Origin: a virus | IMG/VR virus record: IMGVR_UViG_3300032092_000011 | Coordinates: 1-64,000 of that record | Direction: 5' to 3' (one strand) | Length of the DNA: 64,000 nucleotides | In this document: piece by piece, positions 39,395-52,346 of the stretch | How the letters are laid out: each line of letters begins with the position of its first letter | How positions within the stretch are numbered: position 1 is the first letter of the stretch | Position numbers and translations under genes: made by a program | The notes under the pieces: generated by a model | Told to the model about the DNA's origin: nothing | The model's input: only the letters and a program-made list of their open reading frames with translations | Databases searched by the model: none

Positions 39395-39937
39395 TTATCC
39401 TAAGTACATTTCTTCAAAGTGAAGAATGTCTAGGCGCTTATCGACATCAATTAATTGTAATGCATTTAATAAGTCAGAGTATTCTGCAACTGATGCAGTT
39501 TGACCTTGTCTAAACTCTTGTAAGAAATCAAACGTTGCAATATCAATCGAGAATAACATTTGAGAATCTTTATTATACTTGGTAAAAAGATCGTACTCTA
39601 ATTTGTATGCTCCTTCAATAACTTCAGGTAGGTTAGCAAAATCAAAGGTTGTAGTAACCTTTGGAATTGTTGGAAGAGCGTTCCAATCTACAATATATTT
39701 TTGAATTTTCTGAGCATGCTCTAATTCATTCATTGATTCTTTTGCAAAGAACGCTGCTGCTTTTTCGTATCCTACGCCTTTACACCAATTAGATGCTGCA
39801 TTGTAGTAATAATGCGCAGTATATTCATCACCAATTCTATCGTTTAAAACTTTAACAACAGCATCAGCAAGAACTACAGGTTGAACCATTTTTGAATTTG
39901 CAGCTGGTACCACTGCTCCATTAGTTGCTTGTTTCAT
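39395..39937 (-). CDS. non-heme ferritin
   Basis: LNDRIGDEYTAHYYY..ASNWC...G...AAAFF..ESMNELEHA...ATFDFLQEF ferritin pattern. Confidence 0.88.
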   Translation of the reverse strand: MKQATNGAVVPAANSKMVQPVVLADAVVKVLNDRIGDEYTAHYYYNAASNWCKGVGYEKAAAFFAKESMNELEHAQKIQKYIVDWNALPTIPKVTTTFDFANLPEVIEGAYKLEYDLFTKYNKDSQMLFSIDIATFDFLQEFRQGQTASVAEYSDLLNALQLIDVDKRLDILHFEEMYLG

Positions 39938-39972
39938 TGTATTTTACTATTTGATTTAATTATTTATCTCTT

Positions 39973-40533
39973 TTAATGTGGATGCTTAACAAGATTAGCC
40001 TTAATCTTAACAGAATCTCCTAACTCTTTGGCTAATTCTTTAATTAAATTGATATTATTAACATCATCATCAAAAAACGTAATATCAACATATCCTTGTT
40101 CGATGAACCATCTCATTGCCTCTTTTTTCTTTTCAGCAATAGTCCCATTTAATCTCATCTTTGGGTCATTAATTGCCCAAATGAATTCTCTTTTAACATG
40201 GAAGCCAACATGTTCTTTTAACCATGTGTAAACCATATCTTGGTCATCTCGTGCTGTAATAACTCCAATGGCATTTCCTCTTTTGTAGTTTTTTTCAAGA
40301 ATGTCTAATTGAGTTTGAATCATTCGTCCCGCCTTCATAATTTCTAGGCTTTTAAAATCATCAAAATTTAAGATATGATTCTTATTTTTTTGATAACCAT
40401 TGAATTCTTCTGGAGTCAATTCATGACATTCTCCAGTTCGAGCATCACAAACTCGAATCTTGGCGTCAGTAATTACTAACGTATCATCTAAGTCGAAAAT
40501 GAGAATTTTACTCTTTGAAAATGCTTCGTTCAT
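39973..40533 (-). CDS. HAD-superfamily phosphatase
   Basis: FDLDDTL, VITAR, FFDDD motifs. Confidence 0.85.
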   Translation of the reverse strand: MNEAFSKSKILIFDLDDTLVITDAKIRVCDARTGECHELTPEEFNGYQKNKNHILNFDDFKSLEIMKAGRMIQTQLDILEKNYKRGNAIGVITARDDQDMVYTWLKEHVGFHVKREFIWAINDPKMRLNGTIAEKKKEAMRWFIEQGYVDITFFDDDVNNINLIKELAKELGDSVKIKANLVKHPH

Positions 40534-40592
40534 CGTAAATTATACACATTTTTGCTAATTTGTTTATATATTCATTAAAAATAGTGTAAAAA

Positions 40593-40620
40593 TAAAAAAA
40601 GGTGGTCACAGAGAACCACC
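40593..40620 (-). terminator. intrinsic terminator
   Basis: A-run GGTGGT-CACAGAGA-ACCACC. Confidence 0.6.
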
Positions 40621-40687
40621 AGGCTAGAATATCTTTGAGTGAAATGATATATCAATCACATGAATTTTGTGTTTAACCTATCACACT

Positions 40688-41278
40688 TTACGATAACTCA
40701 CTATCTAATTGTTTATCAATTGTTTTGATTTTTTGGTTGTCTTGTCTTGCCATTTTTTGCAAAGTTCTTTTAATATCGTCATCTGCAAATTTAAGTAAAA
40801 CTTCAGTAGATTTAAATCTTGCTTCTAATTTTAGTTTAGAAACATATTTAGCAAGAGTTTCATTCTCTTCTCCAATTGAGTCCATCATTGTAATAATATC
40901 CTCTTCTTGAGCTTCTAAAAGATCAATTTGAGCATCATGTGTTGAATCACTTTTATGAGATTTTGGAGCAGTGCCTCTAGTATTATAATCATAAGCATCA
41001 TACTTAGATTCAAGTTCATCTTCAAATTGTTCAACTTGGTCTCCTTCGATTTTAAGTTTGCCAACCTTTACGCGAACTTCAACTAATTTTTCAGCTAATT
41101 TTCTTAGTTCTCTTTTCTTAAATGGATTTAGGACTAGTCCTTTAACAAAATCAAAGAATCCTTCACCGATTAAAGAATCTAATTCTTCCGGCGTATACTT
41201 TTCGCTAACATGTTGATGAAGATTGTTTACAAACTCCTTTCTTTCAAAATGTTCTTCAAATGTTTTAATTTTTTTCAT
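40688..41278 (-). CDS. coiled-coil putative head protein (CTS-like tag)
   Basis: N-terminus MKKIKTFEEHF; LIGEG candidate cleavage site. Confidence 0.65.
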   Translation of the reverse strand: MKKIKTFEEHFERKEFVNNLHQHVSEKYTPEELDSLIGEGFFDFVKGLVLNPFKKRELRKLAEKLVEVRVKVGKLKIEGDQVEQFEDELESKYDAYDYNTRGTAPKSHKSDSTHDAQIDLLEAQEEDIITMMDSIGEENETLAKYVSKLKLEARFKSTEVLLKFADDDIKRTLQKMARQDNQKIKTIDKQLDSELS

Positions 41279-41949
41279 TAGAATTCAGGTATACCACCAA
41301 TTTTTTTAGCTCTGTTTCTCCAAAGATTTAAAACCGTTTCTTTATCTTTTTGATCTAGTTCTTGCGTATTTAAATATCTATCTACTGTATTTATCATTTT
41401 CTCTCTGCGCTTTCTACTCTCAAATCTAAGACATTGTATATTTGCATCAACCTCTTTTGGAAGCATTAGATATTCCGTTTTTCCCATTAATCCACTCTCA
41501 ATCATGATTCTCAATATATCATCATTTTCAAAGGGTTTTCCATTTTTATAATTAGGACCATCTTGTGTTATATGTTCAATCTCATGTCGAATAACGCTAC
41601 ATAGATAATAATAGATTTCTTCCCAATATTCTGGCAACCAAGAAGGATCTACCATAAAATAGATTTGAATAAAAGGCGTTGTAGGATCTCCATCATCATC
41701 CTCATCTCTTCCATCTGCTCCAGTCTGATCAAGTATTTCAAATTTATCACCCTTAAAGTAAATATCGCAATAAATATCAAATTCTAAATCTTCTTCGATT
41801 TGGTCAAAATAAGAAGATTCTAACTTTCCATCTTTAAAGTCTTTTAACCAAAAAGAAAACGCCGAAGCTGCTATTCTCGATGAAAGTCGATCATAGTAAC
41901 TCCGGCGTCTAGATTTATTCTTATTGATATTATTTACATAGTCCATCAA
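41278..41949 (-). CDS. HExxH zinc-metalloprotease-like protein
   Basis: VIRHEIEHITQ...EYLMLPKEVDA. Confidence 0.65.
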   Translation of the reverse strand: MMDYVNNINKNKSRRRSYYDRLSSRIAASAFSFWLKDFKDGKLESSYFDQIEEDLEFDIYCDIYFKGDKFEILDQTGADGRDEDDDGDPTTPFIQIYFMVDPSWLPEYWEEIYYYLCSVIRHEIEHITQDGPNYKNGKPFENDDILRIMIESGLMGKTEYLMLPKEVDANIQCLRFESRKRREKMINTVDRYLNTQELDQKDKETVLNLWRNRAKKIGGIPEF

Positions 41950-41957
41950 TAATTATA

Positions 41958-44900
41958 TTAGCAATCTAACTTTAGTTTCTCAATTTCTTGATAAAGTTCT
42001 TTAATTGCTTGAATTAAAATAGGAATTAATCCATCATAAATCACAGCTTTATATTCACTATTTGGTATATTTTTAACTAGATCAGGTACAATCTGTTCAA
42101 GCTCTTGTGCAATTACACCATAACTTAATTGTCCTGATTTATCTGGTGCCTTTCTAAGCATTTCTTCGCTCCAGTTATATGTAACACCATCAATACGCAT
42201 AATTAAATCTAACGCATTCTTAATAACCTCTATATTTGTCTTTAATCTAGCATCTGAAGAAATAGTTACATCAGAAAATGTTGGTGATGAATTAGTATTT
42301 ACATATTGGTTCATTGCCGACGCATAAACGTTTGAAGTTCCTGTTGGGCCTGTAGGACCTGTAGGACCTGTAGGACCTGTTGGACCAGGACCTCCATTAG
42401 AACCCGCAGGGCCGGTTGCACCTTGAGGACCAGTTGGGCCTGTAGGACCTGTAGGACCAGGACCTCCAGCTGAACCATCTCTACCAGTTGCACCTTGAGG
42501 ACCAGTTGGGCCTGTTGCTCCGGTTCCACCAGTTCCACCAGTAGGACCAGTTGCGCCTTGAGGACCAGTTGGGCCTGTAGGACCAGTTGCTCCTTGTGCT
42601 CCAGTCGAACCATTAGTACCATTAGTACCGGCAGGTCCAGTAGGACCAGTAGGACCTTGTCTACCTTGAGGACCTAGTGGGCCAGTTCCACCAGTCGCAC
42701 CAGTTGCTCCTTGAGCTCCAGTTCCTCCAGTTCCACCAGTCGGACCAGTTGCTCCTTGGGGACCGGTTGCTCCAGTTCCACCAGTTGAACCGGTAAAACC
42801 TTGAGGACCAATCGGGCCAGTAGGACCTGTTGGACCGGGACCTCCGGCTGAACCATCTCTACCAGTTGCACCTTGAAGACCAGTAGGACCTGTAGGACCA
42901 GTTGCTCCAGTTCCACCGGTTGGGCCTGTTGCGCCTTGAGGACCAATCGGGCCAGTAGGACCAGTTGCACCCTGTATACCAGTTGCACCAGTTCCACCAG
43001 TAGGACCTGTAAAACCTTGAGGACCAGTTGCTCCAGTTCCACCAGTCGAACCAGTTGCTCCTTGAGGTCCGGTTGAACCAGTATCTCCTTTAATACCAGT
43101 AGGACCTTGATTACCTTGAGGACCAGTTGCTCCTGTATTTCCAGTAATACCAGTAGGACCTTGATTACCTTGAGGACCAGTTGCTCCTGTATTTCCAGTA
43201 ATACCAGTAGGACCTTGATTACCTTGAGGACCTGTATTTCCTTGTAATCCAGTAGGACCTTGATTACCTTGAGGACCGGTTGGACCTTGACGACCTTGTG
43301 AACCAATTGGTCCAGTTGGTCCAGTTGGTCCAACTAAATTAATTGAAAGAAACCAAAGTTCTCCATCCCATTGATATAATCTTCCTGTATTTAAATCAAT
43401 ATAAGTTTGTCCAGCAAATTCTCCAAAACCAGATGGATCTCCATATCCTGATGTTGATCCATTAAATCCATTTGGTCCTGTTGCTCCAGTCCCACCATCG
43501 TTACCAGTTGGACCAGTTGGACCTTGTCTACCTTGTGCTCCAATAACTCCTTGCGGACCGGTAGGTCCTTGGTTACCTTGTGCTCCAGTAGTTCCTTGAA
43601 GACCAGTTGGACCTTGATTACCTTGTGCTCCAGTAGTTCCTTGTAATCCAGTAGGGCCTTGATTTCCTTGTGCTCCAGTAGTTCCTTGTAATCCAGTTGG
43701 GCCTTGGTTACCTTGAGCTCCAGTATTTCCTTGAGGTCCAATAGATCCTTGAATACCTTGAGATCCAATAGATCCTTGAATACCTTGAAGACCTTGAAGA
43801 CCGGTAGATCCTTGAATACCTTGAAGACCAGTAGATCCTTGAATACCTTGAAGACCAGTAGATCCTTGAATACCTTGAGCACCGGTATCACCCTTATCGC
43901 CAGTTGTTGTAAATGTTACAATTATATTTTCATTATCATTCCACGGGCCAGTTAAAGGTCCATCTACATAAGAAACTGGAATATCAAAATGATTTCCATG
44001 ATGAATATGTGATGCTGTAATAGCGTAAATTATATATGATGAGTTATTGCTCTCTTGTGTTAATTTAATATAACCTTTAACAGCACTTGTTGAATCATCA
44101 ATTGTTTGTAAAAAACTGCTAATATCTGTTGCAAGTCTATCGACACCTGAAATACCTAACAAAGTAGCAGCTCGAACATCATCACTAGTTATTAATATGT
44201 AACCGTCTGTTATATTTTCAATAAAAGTTTCGGTATCAAATCTATAATAAAAAGAAGCTCCACCAAAACTACCATCACGACCCTGATTACCTTGAGCTCC
44301 TACAGTTCCTTGTAAACCAGTCGGCCCTTGGTTACCTTGAGCTCCTACAGTTCCTTGTAAACCAGTCGGCCCTTGGTTACCTTGTGCTCCAGTAGTTCCT
44401 TGTAAACCGGTTGGACCTTGATTTCCTTGTAAACCAGTCGGTCCTTGATTACCCTGTGCTCCAGTAATTCCTTGTAAACCAGTCGGTCCTTGATTTCCTT
44501 GTGCTCCAGTAGTTCCTTGTAAACCAGTAATACCAGTCGGACCTTGATTACCTTGTGCTCCAGTAGTTCCTTGTAAACCAGTTGGACCTTGATTACCTTG
44601 TGCTCCAGTAGTTCCTTGTAATCCAGTTGGGCCTTGGTTACCTTGTGGACCAGTAATTCCTTGTAATCCAGTCGGTCCTTGGTTACCTTGTGGACCAGTA
44701 GGACCTTGACGGCCTTGAGAACCTGTAGCGCCTTGAGAGCCAGTAGCTCCAACCATATCAAATGAATAAACCCAAGTTTCTCCATCCCAAAAATATGCTC
44801 TACCAGTATTAATATCAATGTATGTCTGTCCATAAAAGTCTCCTTGTATTGAAGGAAGACCTTGAAAAGATAAAGTACCATTATATCCATTATTTCCTAT

Positions 44901-46334
44901 CGGACCCTGCACGCCCTGTGCTCCTGTATTTCCTTGATAACCAATAATACCTTGAAGACCCTGTGTTCCAACGGCACCTTGCGCTCCTGTTGCTCCTTGA
45001 TTTCCTTCAAGACCAGTAGGACCTTGACGACCTTGAGAACCCTGTACACCATCTATACCATCTCGACCCATGTCACCTTGAGGACCGGTAAATCCTTGGT
45101 CTCCTTGCCATCCCATCGAACCCATATCACCTTGAGGACCTGTCATACCCATGTCACCTTGAGGACCGGTAAATCCTTGGTCTCCTTGCCATCCCATCGA
45201 ACCCATGTCACCTTGAGGACCTGTCATACCCATGTCACCTTGAGGACCGGTAAATCCTTGGTCTCCTTGCCATCCCATCGGACCTATATCACCTTGAGGA
45301 CCTGTCATACCCATATCACCTTGAGGACCTGATGGACCTTGAATACCTGCAGCTCCTTGAACAGACATATCAGTAATATATGTCCATGAACCATTCCATA
45401 AATAGAGTGCTCCATAATCTGGATCTGTTTGGTCTAGCGCTCCTGCAACTAATCCAAATTGACCAATTGGGGTTTCAGTATATGATAATAAATTGTCTAA
45501 TGTATTAAATATTTGATGAATAATAAAACCTTGTCCACTAGCACCCTGAGAACCATCAGTACCACGATCACCTTGAGAACCTGCAGCACCTTGAGCACCG
45601 GTTGCTCCTTGAGCACCTGTTGCTCCTTGTGGACCTGTTGCTCCTTGAGCACCGTCATTTCCACCTTCACCCTGAATAGAAGGACCAGTAGGACCTTGAG
45701 GACCCCTAATATTTCCTTCTTGAAGCCAGTTATCTCCATCCCATTCATATAAATCGCCAGTATCAATGTCTATATACTGATCATTTCTAATAGGATTTGG
45801 GATAAGAACTGGTGTTTGAGGTATACCGCTTCCTGAATACCATTTAGAACCATCTTCTCCCGCAGCGCCTTGTACTCCCGCAGCGCCTTGTGTTCCTATA
45901 GAACCCTGTGCTCCTATTTCACCCTGTGCTCCTGTTGCTCCTTGTGCTCCATCTAATCCAGATCCACCTTCAAGAATTGTCCAAATACCGTTTCCTCCAT
46001 ATACTAAATTATATGCAGTGTATGGAACATCCATTGAAGAATATCCAATTGAATTGATATTAACACCATTTATAATTATATTAGCTGTTTCATCAGGATG
46101 CCTGATGATTTTAGGACCTCCATTGCTAATGACTCCATTAGGATCGCTAATAGAGAATGTCATTCCTGGTAAGAGTTTAATTCTACCAGATTGAACAGTT
46201 CTAGGAAGTCTAATATAAAAATCAGGACCGCCTGTTCCAGGCCCTAATATAAATTCTGAACTTGTTAATGGAAGGACATAATATGGTTGTCCACCTGTTG
46301 AAGTAATGGTACTAACATTAGTAAATGCTGACAT
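41958..46334 (-). CDS. giant collagen-like fibre protein with C-terminal S74 chaperone
   Basis: G-X-Y tracts interrupted by globular nodes; SDARLKTNI...[12 protein letters not shown]. Confidence 0.9.
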   Translation of the reverse strand: MSAFTNVSTITSTGGQPYYVLPLTSSEFILGPGTGGPDFYIRLPRTVQSGRIKLLPGMTFSISDPNGVISNGGPKIIRHPDETANIIINGVNINSIGYSSMDVPYTAYNLVYGGNGIWTILEGGSGLDGAQGATGAQGEIGAQGSIGTQGAAGVQGAAGEDGSKWYSGSGIPQTPVLIPNPIRNDQYIDIDTGDLYEWDGDNWLQEGNIRGPQGPTGPSIQGEGGNDGAQGATGPQGATGAQGATGAQGAAGSQGDRGTDGSQGASGQGFIIHQIFNTLDNLLSYTETPIGQFGLVAGALDQTDPDYGALYLWNGSWTYITDMSVQGAAGIQGPSGPQGDMGMTGPQGDIGPMGWQGDQGFTGPQGDMGMTGPQGDMGSMGWQGDQGFTGPQGDMGMTGPQGDMGSMGWQGDQGFTGPQGDMGRDGIDGVQGSQGRQGPTGLEGNQGATGAQGAVGTQGLQGIIGYQGNTGAQGVQGPIGNNGYNGTLSFQGLPSIQGDFYGQTYIDINTGRAYFWDGETWVYSFDMVGATGSQGATGSQGRQGPTGPQGNQGPTGLQGITGPQGNQGPTGLQGTTGAQGNQGPTGLQGTTGAQGNQGPTGITGLQGTTGAQGNQGPTGLQGITGAQGNQGPTGLQGNQGPTGLQGTTGAQGNQGPTGLQGTVGAQGNQGPTGLQGTVGAQGNQGRDGSFGGASFYYRFDTETFIENITDGYILITSDDVRAATLLGISGVDRLATDISSFLQTIDDSTSAVKGYIKLTQESNNSSYIIYAITASHIHHGNHFDIPVSYVDGPLTGPWNDNENIIVTFTTTGDKGDTGAQGIQGSTGLQGIQGSTGLQGIQGSTGLQGLQGIQGSIGSQGIQGSIGPQGNTGAQGNQGPTGLQGTTGAQGNQGPTGLQGTTGAQGNQGPTGLQGTTGAQGNQGPTGPQGVIGAQGRQGPTGPTGNDGGTGATGPNGFNGSTSGYGDPSGFGEFAGQTYIDLNTGRLYQWDGELWFLSINLVGPTGPTGPIGSQGRQGPTGPQGNQGPTGLQGNTGPQGNQGPTGITGNTGATGPQGNQGPTGITGNTGATGPQGNQGPTGIKGDTGSTGPQGATGSTGGTGATGPQGFTGPTGGTGATGIQGATGPTGPIGPQGATGPTGGTGATGPTGPTGLQGATGRDGSAGGPGPTGPTGPIGPQGFTGSTGGTGATGPQGATGPTGGTGGTGAQGATGATGGTGPLGPQGRQGPTGPTGPAGTNGTNGSTGAQGATGPTGPTGPQGATGPTGGTGGTGATGPTGPQGATGRDGSAGGPGPTGPTGPTGPQGATGPAGSNGGPGPTGPTGPTGPTGPTGTSNVYASAMNQYVNTNSSPTFSDVTISSDARLKTNIEVIKNALDLIMRIDGVTYNWSEEMLRKAPDKSGQLSYGVIAQELEQIVPDLVKNIPNSEYKAVIYDGLIPILIQAIKELYQEIEKLKLDC
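45070..45330 (-). repeat. ~3 x 81-bp tandem repeat within collagen gene
   Basis: [27 protein letters not shown] repeated about three times, near-identical DNA. Confidence 0.8.
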
Positions 46335-46392
46335 TTAAAGTGACGTATTTTTGGTATCTTTACTATGTATCTATCCCTAAAAATAAGTTAAA

Positions 46393-46452
46393 AATTTAGA
46401 ATTATCCTAAATTCTAAATTGAGAATGCCTAAGACTAGTCTTAGGCATTCTC
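46393..46452. repeat. two adjacent inverted repeats, including a perfect 32-bp palindrome
   Basis: AATTTAGAATT-N6-AATTCTAAATT, then GAGAATGCCTAAGACTAGTCTTAGGCATTCTC. Confidence 0.85.
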
Positions 46453-46472
46453 TTTATACTAATTTTGTATTA

Positions 46473-49400
46473 TTAGTATGGACTTATAGTCGGCATATTA
46501 AATACAATAATATTAGGAACTTGTGAATTTGGGGGTAATTGAATCCAACCGCCTTGAGGATCAATACCACCAGAAATACAATTTGAACCAACATAATAGT
46601 TATCAACTGCATTTACATCATTCCATAATGATAAGTGTAATCCAGTTGGTGAGTGCATATAAACAGAATCTAATAAAATGCTTCTATCTTGAGTACCTAC
46701 TTGCGGTGCAGTTAAGATAAATCCACCACCTGAAACAATATCCATTGATGTTTGATGCAATATAATTCTATGTTTTATTGAACCGTTTTGAGTTTCTCTA
46801 ATAATCCATGAATTTAATGCTGCATAACCCGTACCTACGTCTGGTGTTGATTCTATATCATAGCCTTGATGATTAAGTTTTAGTGTTGATGATTTAGAAC
46901 TAATAGTTCCACTAATCAATCTAATAACTGAAGACCAACCTTGTGCTGTTGAAAATAATTCTAAATGACAATTATCAACGAATAAATCGGCATTTACAAC
47001 TTCAACAACAACGCCATCCATAAATCCAGAATCGCTGCAATCAACTTTAACATAAATATCATTTAATGATATTATCATTTCCGATCCATCGTTACCTTGA
47101 ATTAATCCTCTACCATTAACATATATTTTGCTTTGACTTCTTCCGCCTCCCTTTATTTTAAATTCAGCACCGTTGTTTATTTCGAATATACATGAAAGTT
47201 GACCACCTACTGCATTAATTCTTACATTTGGTGAAAGATTTAAAGCAACAGTACCGATAATATCGATTGGATTTGTAGCTGACATGCCGTAAATACCAGG
47301 ATTTACGTAAACTTCATATCTTGTAATACTATTTGTTATACAATATCCCATTGCTCCTTCAATAGTTGCCCATGGATTTGTAGGATCTCCTAATACAGCA
47401 GTACCATCGTTACCATTTGGATCAACATATAATATTTGATCGTATAATACTGAGAATCCAACTCCATTAGAACCTTGTGCTCCAGTTGGACCTTGGTTAC
47501 CTTGTGCACCACTAGTTCCATTAATACCTTGGAAACCTAAAGGACCTTGATTTCCTTGAGGACCCGCAATACCCTGAGCTCCGGTTGGACCTTGACGACC
47601 TTGAGAACCTTGAGCTCCCGTAGAACCTTGTGCGCCAATTGTATTAAATGAGAAATCCCAATTTCCACCATTCCAAGTATAAAAATCACCAGTTAATACA
47701 TCAATATATGTTTGACCTACAAATGATCCTATTACATTATTACTATTAGGATCTCCATTTCCAGAAAGTGTGCCACTAGCACCATTATCACCCTGTGATC
47801 CAGTGTTTCCTTGAGGACCAGTTGGACCTTGTACACCTTGTAAACCTTGAGGACCGGTTGGACCTTGTCTACCCTGTGCTCCCGTCGAACCAGTATCTCC
47901 TTGAGCTCCAGTCGGACCTTGACGACCTTGAGAACCTTGAGCTCCTGCAGAACCTTGAGCTCCAGTAGAACCTTGAGCTCCAGAACTACCAACAGAACCT
48001 TTAATATTTCCTTGAGGAATCCAGTTTGCTCCGTCCCATTCATAAACATCGCCATTGTCTAAATCTAACCAATGTTCTCCAATAATGAATATTCCTGGAT
48101 TGTATGCTCCTGGAGGTACTCCATTTTCAGAATACCACTTAATAACTTCACCAGTCGAACCTTGTGCTCCTGCAGAACCTTGTGCTCCAGTTGGACCTTG
48201 AATTCCTTGAATACCAGTTGAACCTTGCGGGCCATGATCTCCCTGGAATCCTTTTTCTCCTTGTGGACCCGTTAAACCCTGAGGACCTGTTGAACCTTGA
48301 ATACCAGTAGGTCCTTGATTTCCTTGAGGACCTGAAATACCTTGATTTCCTTGAGGACCTAAAGGACCTTGATTTCCTTGAGGACCTGCAACACCTTGAG
48401 AACCAGTTGGACCTTGAACTCCAGCTGCACCAACAACCGACATATCAGTAATATAAGTCCATTGCGCACCATCCCAAAGATATAATTTACCATAATCTGG
48501 ATCGCTTGGATCTAAACTTCCTGCAACTAAACCAAATTCTCCGGCCGGAGTTGAGGTATCTGATAATAAACTATTCAAATCATTATAGATTTGATTAATA
48601 TGGAATCCTTGACCAACATCACCTTGGAATCCTTGAGCTCCAATTGAACCTTGCGCTCCAGTTGGACCTTGGTTACCTTGGTTACCTTGAGCTCCAGTTG
48701 GACCTTGGTTACCTTGAGCTCCAGTTGCTCCTTGAAGACCGGTTGGACCTTGGTTACCTTGAGCTCCAGTTGCTCCTTGAAGACCGGTTGGACCTTGGTT
48801 ACCTTGTTGACCGGTTGGACCTTGGTTACCTTGAGCTCCAGTTGCTCCTTGAAGACCGGTTGGACCTTGGTTACCTTGAGAACCCTGTTGACCAGTTGGA
48901 CCTTGGTTACCTTGAGCTCCAGTTGCTCCTTGAAGACCGGTTGGACCTTGGTTACCTTGAGAACCCTGTTGTCCAGTCGGACCTTGATTTCCTTGAGCTC
49001 CAGTCGGACCTTGATTTCCTTGAGCTCCAGTCGGACCTTGATTTCCTTGAGAACCCTGAGGACCAGTAGGACCTTCAGTAGCACCTAACGTTGTAACAAT
49101 ATGTGAATAATCAGCAACACCCTCAGTATAAAACTTAATAGTTCTATTAGCATTATCATCATTTGTTGCAAATATTTCAACTAATACTTTATCAGTTGGG
49201 TCAACATATTTAGTTGTTATAAATAGATCTTGGTAAACATCAACAATTGTGGTTGCATTTGTGTCCCATCCAATTAAATGTGCATTCGTTGTTCCCCAAA
49301 CTTGTAAAACATTACCATTTGGATCAGTTCTTGATACTTTTACGTATACTTGAATATTATCATTTACCGATGCTTTTGTAAAGTGCATTTTAAATTGCTG

Positions 49401-51413
49401 AATTCCCGCCGGAACAAGCGCAACGCCTAATCCAACGGGTGTTAAGAATTTAGTTACTAATGCATCTGATTGTAGAGCAGTAAGATTCGTTGTAACAGTT
49501 TGTTGAGCTCCAGAAACTGGAATCGGAGATATTTCATTAATATCATTTGCTCCTCCTCCATTATTAACAAGAACAACCGACTCATTCATATAGAATGTTT
49601 GTCCGCTTGACGAACCTCTATCACCTTGGAATCCTTGAGGACCTTGATTTCCTTGAGGACCAGTAACTCCCTGCAATCCTGTTGAACCTTGTAAACCAGT
49701 TGGACCTTGATTTCCTTGTGCTCCAGTTGCTCCCTGTGCTCCAGTATCTCCTTGTGCTCCAGTATCTCCTTGAGGACCAGTTGGACCTTGATCACCTTGA
49801 GGTCCTGGAGTACCGGTTACAAACGATATGCTCCAAATATTATTTGAAAATACATCATAATATCCAGATCCTCCTGAAATAAACGTTAAAGCATAAAAAG
49901 CATATGTACCGTAAAAGCTAGAAGTTGTTATTTCGTAAGTTGCATAGCTATTAGCGTCTACAGTATTTGTTAGAATAACCTTAGTTCCGGCGGTAATTGA
50001 AGATAGAAAAGAAGTCTGATCACCGATTGGATTACCATTCACATCAATAGCCTCATTACTTACCAATAATTGAGCAAATCCAGCTAATGTATTACTAGGA
50101 CCACCATTAAAACGGTAATGTGTATTTGATGGATTTCCTCCTATGTAATAATGTAATGTTGTTGATGGAGAATCAATACCTGTATCTCCTTGAGGACCGG
50201 TTTCTCCTTGAGGACCAGTAGGTCCTTGATTTCCTTGATTTCCTTGTGCTCCAGTTGCTCCTTGAGATCCAATAGAACCTTGAGGACCTGTAGGACCTTG
50301 TACACCATCAGCACCTTGAACCGACATATCAGTAATATATTGCCATTGGGCACCATCCCATAAATAGAGTGCTCCATAATTTGGATCATTTTGCGGTAAA
50401 TTACCAGCAACTAAACCAAATTTACCAGGTTGTACATTCTGGCTTGGATTATCAGCTAATAGCAATTGTAGGTCATCATAGATAAAATCAATTTCAAAAC
50501 CATATCCAGTATCACCTTGACTACCTTGTGCTCCAACATTTCCTTGTGCTCCAACATTTCCTTGAGCTCCAGTCGAACCTTGAGGACCTGTTAGACCTTG
50601 AAGACCAGTTGGACCTTGGTTTCCTTGAAACCCAGTTGGACCTTGGTTTCCTTGTGCTCCTAATCCACCTTGAGCACCTACAGAACCTTGAACTCCAGTT
50701 GCTCCCTGCGCTCCAGTATCTCCTTGAGGACCCATTATTGAACCTTGAAGAATCCAGTTTCCATTCTGGAAAATATAAACATTTCCGCTATTAATTTCTA
50801 AATAGTGATCGTTTTCTTCATATGGCTGACCTGTATATACATTAATAGGCTGAGGTTGTATAATATCACTATACCATTTGCTTCCATCAGCACCGCCAAC
50901 ACCTTGAGAACCTACAGCTCCTTGATTACCTATAGAACCTTGAGCTCCTGTATTACCTTGAGCTCCTGTTGCACCAGTTGAACCTTGAGCTCCTGTATTA
51001 CCTTGAGCTCCTGCGGAACCTTGTGGTCCAGTTGGACCTTGTCTACCTTGATAGCCTTGAGTTCCTAAAGGTCCAGTTGCTCCTTGAGCACCAGTATTTC
51101 CTTGAGGACCAGTAGGACCGCCAGATGAAACTGATTCAACATTCCAAAAGTAATTACCGTTAATATCTTGTCTAAATACTAGTGTTTTACCAATATCTGA
51201 ATTAGACATTTCATATTGATCTTCGCCGGTTGCATTACCTCTAATGGCATAATTTTTAATCATTTCTCCAGCAAGAGCAAGATTATAGTCCATTTCTTCG
51301 TGTGTCAATGGACGATCAAAATCCGATGGAATTAATGGAATATAAAAACCATTAACGTCACGATGTTTACCGTGATCGAAACTGTATTCTGTGATTTTCT
51401 TTAATGTAGACAT
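46473..51413 (-). CDS. giant collagen-like fibre protein with C-terminal beta-helix-like domain
   Basis: G-X-Y tracts and shared nodes; LYVDPNGND....PWATI..A motif starting the C-terminal domain. Confidence 0.88.
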   Translation of the reverse strand: MSTLKKITEYSFDHGKHRDVNGFYIPLIPSDFDRPLTHEEMDYNLALAGEMIKNYAIRGNATGEDQYEMSNSDIGKTLVFRQDINGNYFWNVESVSSGGPTGPQGNTGAQGATGPLGTQGYQGRQGPTGPQGSAGAQGNTGAQGSTGATGAQGNTGAQGSIGNQGAVGSQGVGGADGSKWYSDIIQPQPINVYTGQPYEENDHYLEINSGNVYIFQNGNWILQGSIMGPQGDTGAQGATGVQGSVGAQGGLGAQGNQGPTGFQGNQGPTGLQGLTGPQGSTGAQGNVGAQGNVGAQGSQGDTGYGFEIDFIYDDLQLLLADNPSQNVQPGKFGLVAGNLPQNDPNYGALYLWDGAQWQYITDMSVQGADGVQGPTGPQGSIGSQGATGAQGNQGNQGPTGPQGETGPQGDTGIDSPSTTLHYYIGGNPSNTHYRFNGGPSNTLAGFAQLLVSNEAIDVNGNPIGDQTSFLSSITAGTKVILTNTVDANSYATYEITTSSFYGTYAFYALTFISGGSGYYDVFSNNIWSISFVTGTPGPQGDQGPTGPQGDTGAQGDTGAQGATGAQGNQGPTGLQGSTGLQGVTGPQGNQGPQGFQGDRGSSSGQTFYMNESVVLVNNGGGANDINEISPIPVSGAQQTVTTNLTALQSDALVTKFLTPVGLGVALVPAGIQQFKMHFTKASVNDNIQVYVKVSRTDPNGNVLQVWGTTNAHLIGWDTNATTIVDVYQDLFITTKYVDPTDKVLVEIFATNDDNANRTIKFYTEGVADYSHIVTTLGATEGPTGPQGSQGNQGPTGAQGNQGPTGAQGNQGPTGQQGSQGNQGPTGLQGATGAQGNQGPTGQQGSQGNQGPTGLQGATGAQGNQGPTGQQGNQGPTGLQGATGAQGNQGPTGLQGATGAQGNQGPTGAQGNQGNQGPTGAQGSIGAQGFQGDVGQGFHINQIYNDLNSLLSDTSTPAGEFGLVAGSLDPSDPDYGKLYLWDGAQWTYITDMSVVGAAGVQGPTGSQGVAGPQGNQGPLGPQGNQGISGPQGNQGPTGIQGSTGPQGLTGPQGEKGFQGDHGPQGSTGIQGIQGPTGAQGSAGAQGSTGEVIKWYSENGVPPGAYNPGIFIIGEHWLDLDNGDVYEWDGANWIPQGNIKGSVGSSGAQGSTGAQGSAGAQGSQGRQGPTGAQGDTGSTGAQGRQGPTGPQGLQGVQGPTGPQGNTGSQGDNGASGTLSGNGDPNSNNVIGSFVGQTYIDVLTGDFYTWNGGNWDFSFNTIGAQGSTGAQGSQGRQGPTGAQGIAGPQGNQGPLGFQGINGTSGAQGNQGPTGAQGSNGVGFSVLYDQILYVDPNGNDGTAVLGDPTNPWATIEGAMGYCITNSITRYEVYVNPGIYGMSATNPIDIIGTVALNLSPNVRINAVGGQLSCIFEINNGAEFKIKGGGRSQSKIYVNGRGLIQGNDGSEMIISLNDIYVKVDCSDSGFMDGVVVEVVNADLFVDNCHLELFSTAQGWSSVIRLISGTISSKSSTLKLNHQGYDIESTPDVGTGYAALNSWIIRETQNGSIKHRIILHQTSMDIVSGGGFILTAPQVGTQDRSILLDSVYMHSPTGLHLSLWNDVNAVDNYYVGSNCISGGIDPQGGWIQLPPNSQVPNIIVFNMPTISPY

Positions 51414-51421
51414 TAAACTGA

Positions 51422-51943
51422 TTAGTATGTTTTGTATGTATTATATAATTGAAGTATTTCTTCGATTGATGAATTAAACATCTGATGAATATATCCGCAG
51501 TCAATATATTCGCTTTGAGCTTTAATATATTCATCAAGATATAATTCATCATAAATTTTACGAACTTTATTAAGTGTTCTAGTGTATTCAGATAATTGTG
51601 AAAATTGCATTGCATTAATCTTATCCACATCTTTGGAAATCCAACCAGTGCCTTCTCTATATTCGATAAAACGATTAGCTCTATCAACACTAAAATTAAA
51701 ACTTCTTAATGAATATAAACATTGATCGATACAATTTCTTTCAACTGCTGTTCTAGTGGTAATTGGAGCTGTATTTTGTATATAGTCTCCAAGTTCATCC
51801 ATATTCATTTTCACAAGAGTTTTGGTTGAGTTTCTAAACTTGTTTTCTTTCAAAATCATGATTTCATTAACTTCTCCGCCAAATGCTCTAAAATTATCTA
51901 GGTAAATGTACGCTAGAACTAATGTGATTCTATCAACTATCAT
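51422..51943 (-). CDS. hypothetical protein
   Basis: 173 aa ORF in operon. Confidence 0.7.
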   Translation of the reverse strand: MIVDRITLVLAYIYLDNFRAFGGEVNEIMILKENKFRNSTKTLVKMNMDELGDYIQNTAPITTRTAVERNCIDQCLYSLRSFNFSVDRANRFIEYREGTGWISKDVDKINAMQFSQLSEYTRTLNKVRKIYDELYLDEYIKAQSEYIDCGYIHQMFNSSIEEILQLYNTYKTY

Positions 51944-51944
51944 A

Positions 51945-52346
51945 TTATTTCACTCCCATATATTTAGTAAAGTAATAAATGATAATAGTACCTATTCCAG
52001 AAAGAAGACCCCATAAAATTTTTGTCGCAGTTGACTTAAATTTCATAAGTTCTTCATGTTCTCTTACCATTTTTTCATAATTATCCTCATCTTTTTCTTT
52101 TTCAATTCGAAAAGATGTGTTTTTATTCACAGCAACAACAATTCCATCATTTGGATTAAGTAGTTGTTTTTTAAGCTCGCGAATTTCATTTTTCATTTCA
52201 TTTTGATTTTCCATTAGGAGTCGAATTGCTGACTCTAATTGAATATACGATGGATCTTCCATCTTACGACGAAATGATTCAAAAGCCTTATATAAGCTCT
52301 CGATTAACTCTTTTGGTGACTGATTGTCTGGATTTTCTGGAAACAC
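51945..52346 (-). CDS. coiled-coil protein with C-terminal TM helix
   Basis: ILWGLLSGIGTIIIYYF; GTG start. Confidence 0.7.
   Translation of the reverse strand: MFPENPDNQSPKELIESLYKAFESFRRKMEDPSYIQLESAIRLLMENQNEMKNEIRELKKQLLNPNDGIVVAVNKNTSFRIEKEKDEDNYEKMVREHEELMKFKSTATKILWGLLSGIGTIIIYYFTKYMGVK

Noticed and set aside
17645-51000. Many alternative-frame ORFs (VLKEQLV.., RTSCSS.., LDLGYLE..) overlapping the collagen genes
   Set aside because: Shadow frames of G-X-Y repeat DNA, with no independent starts or signals
41958-51413. Diversity-generating retroelement acting on the fibre genes
   Set aside because: No reverse transcriptase in the window and no adenine-specific TR/VR pair seen; the shared blocks look like ordinary duplication
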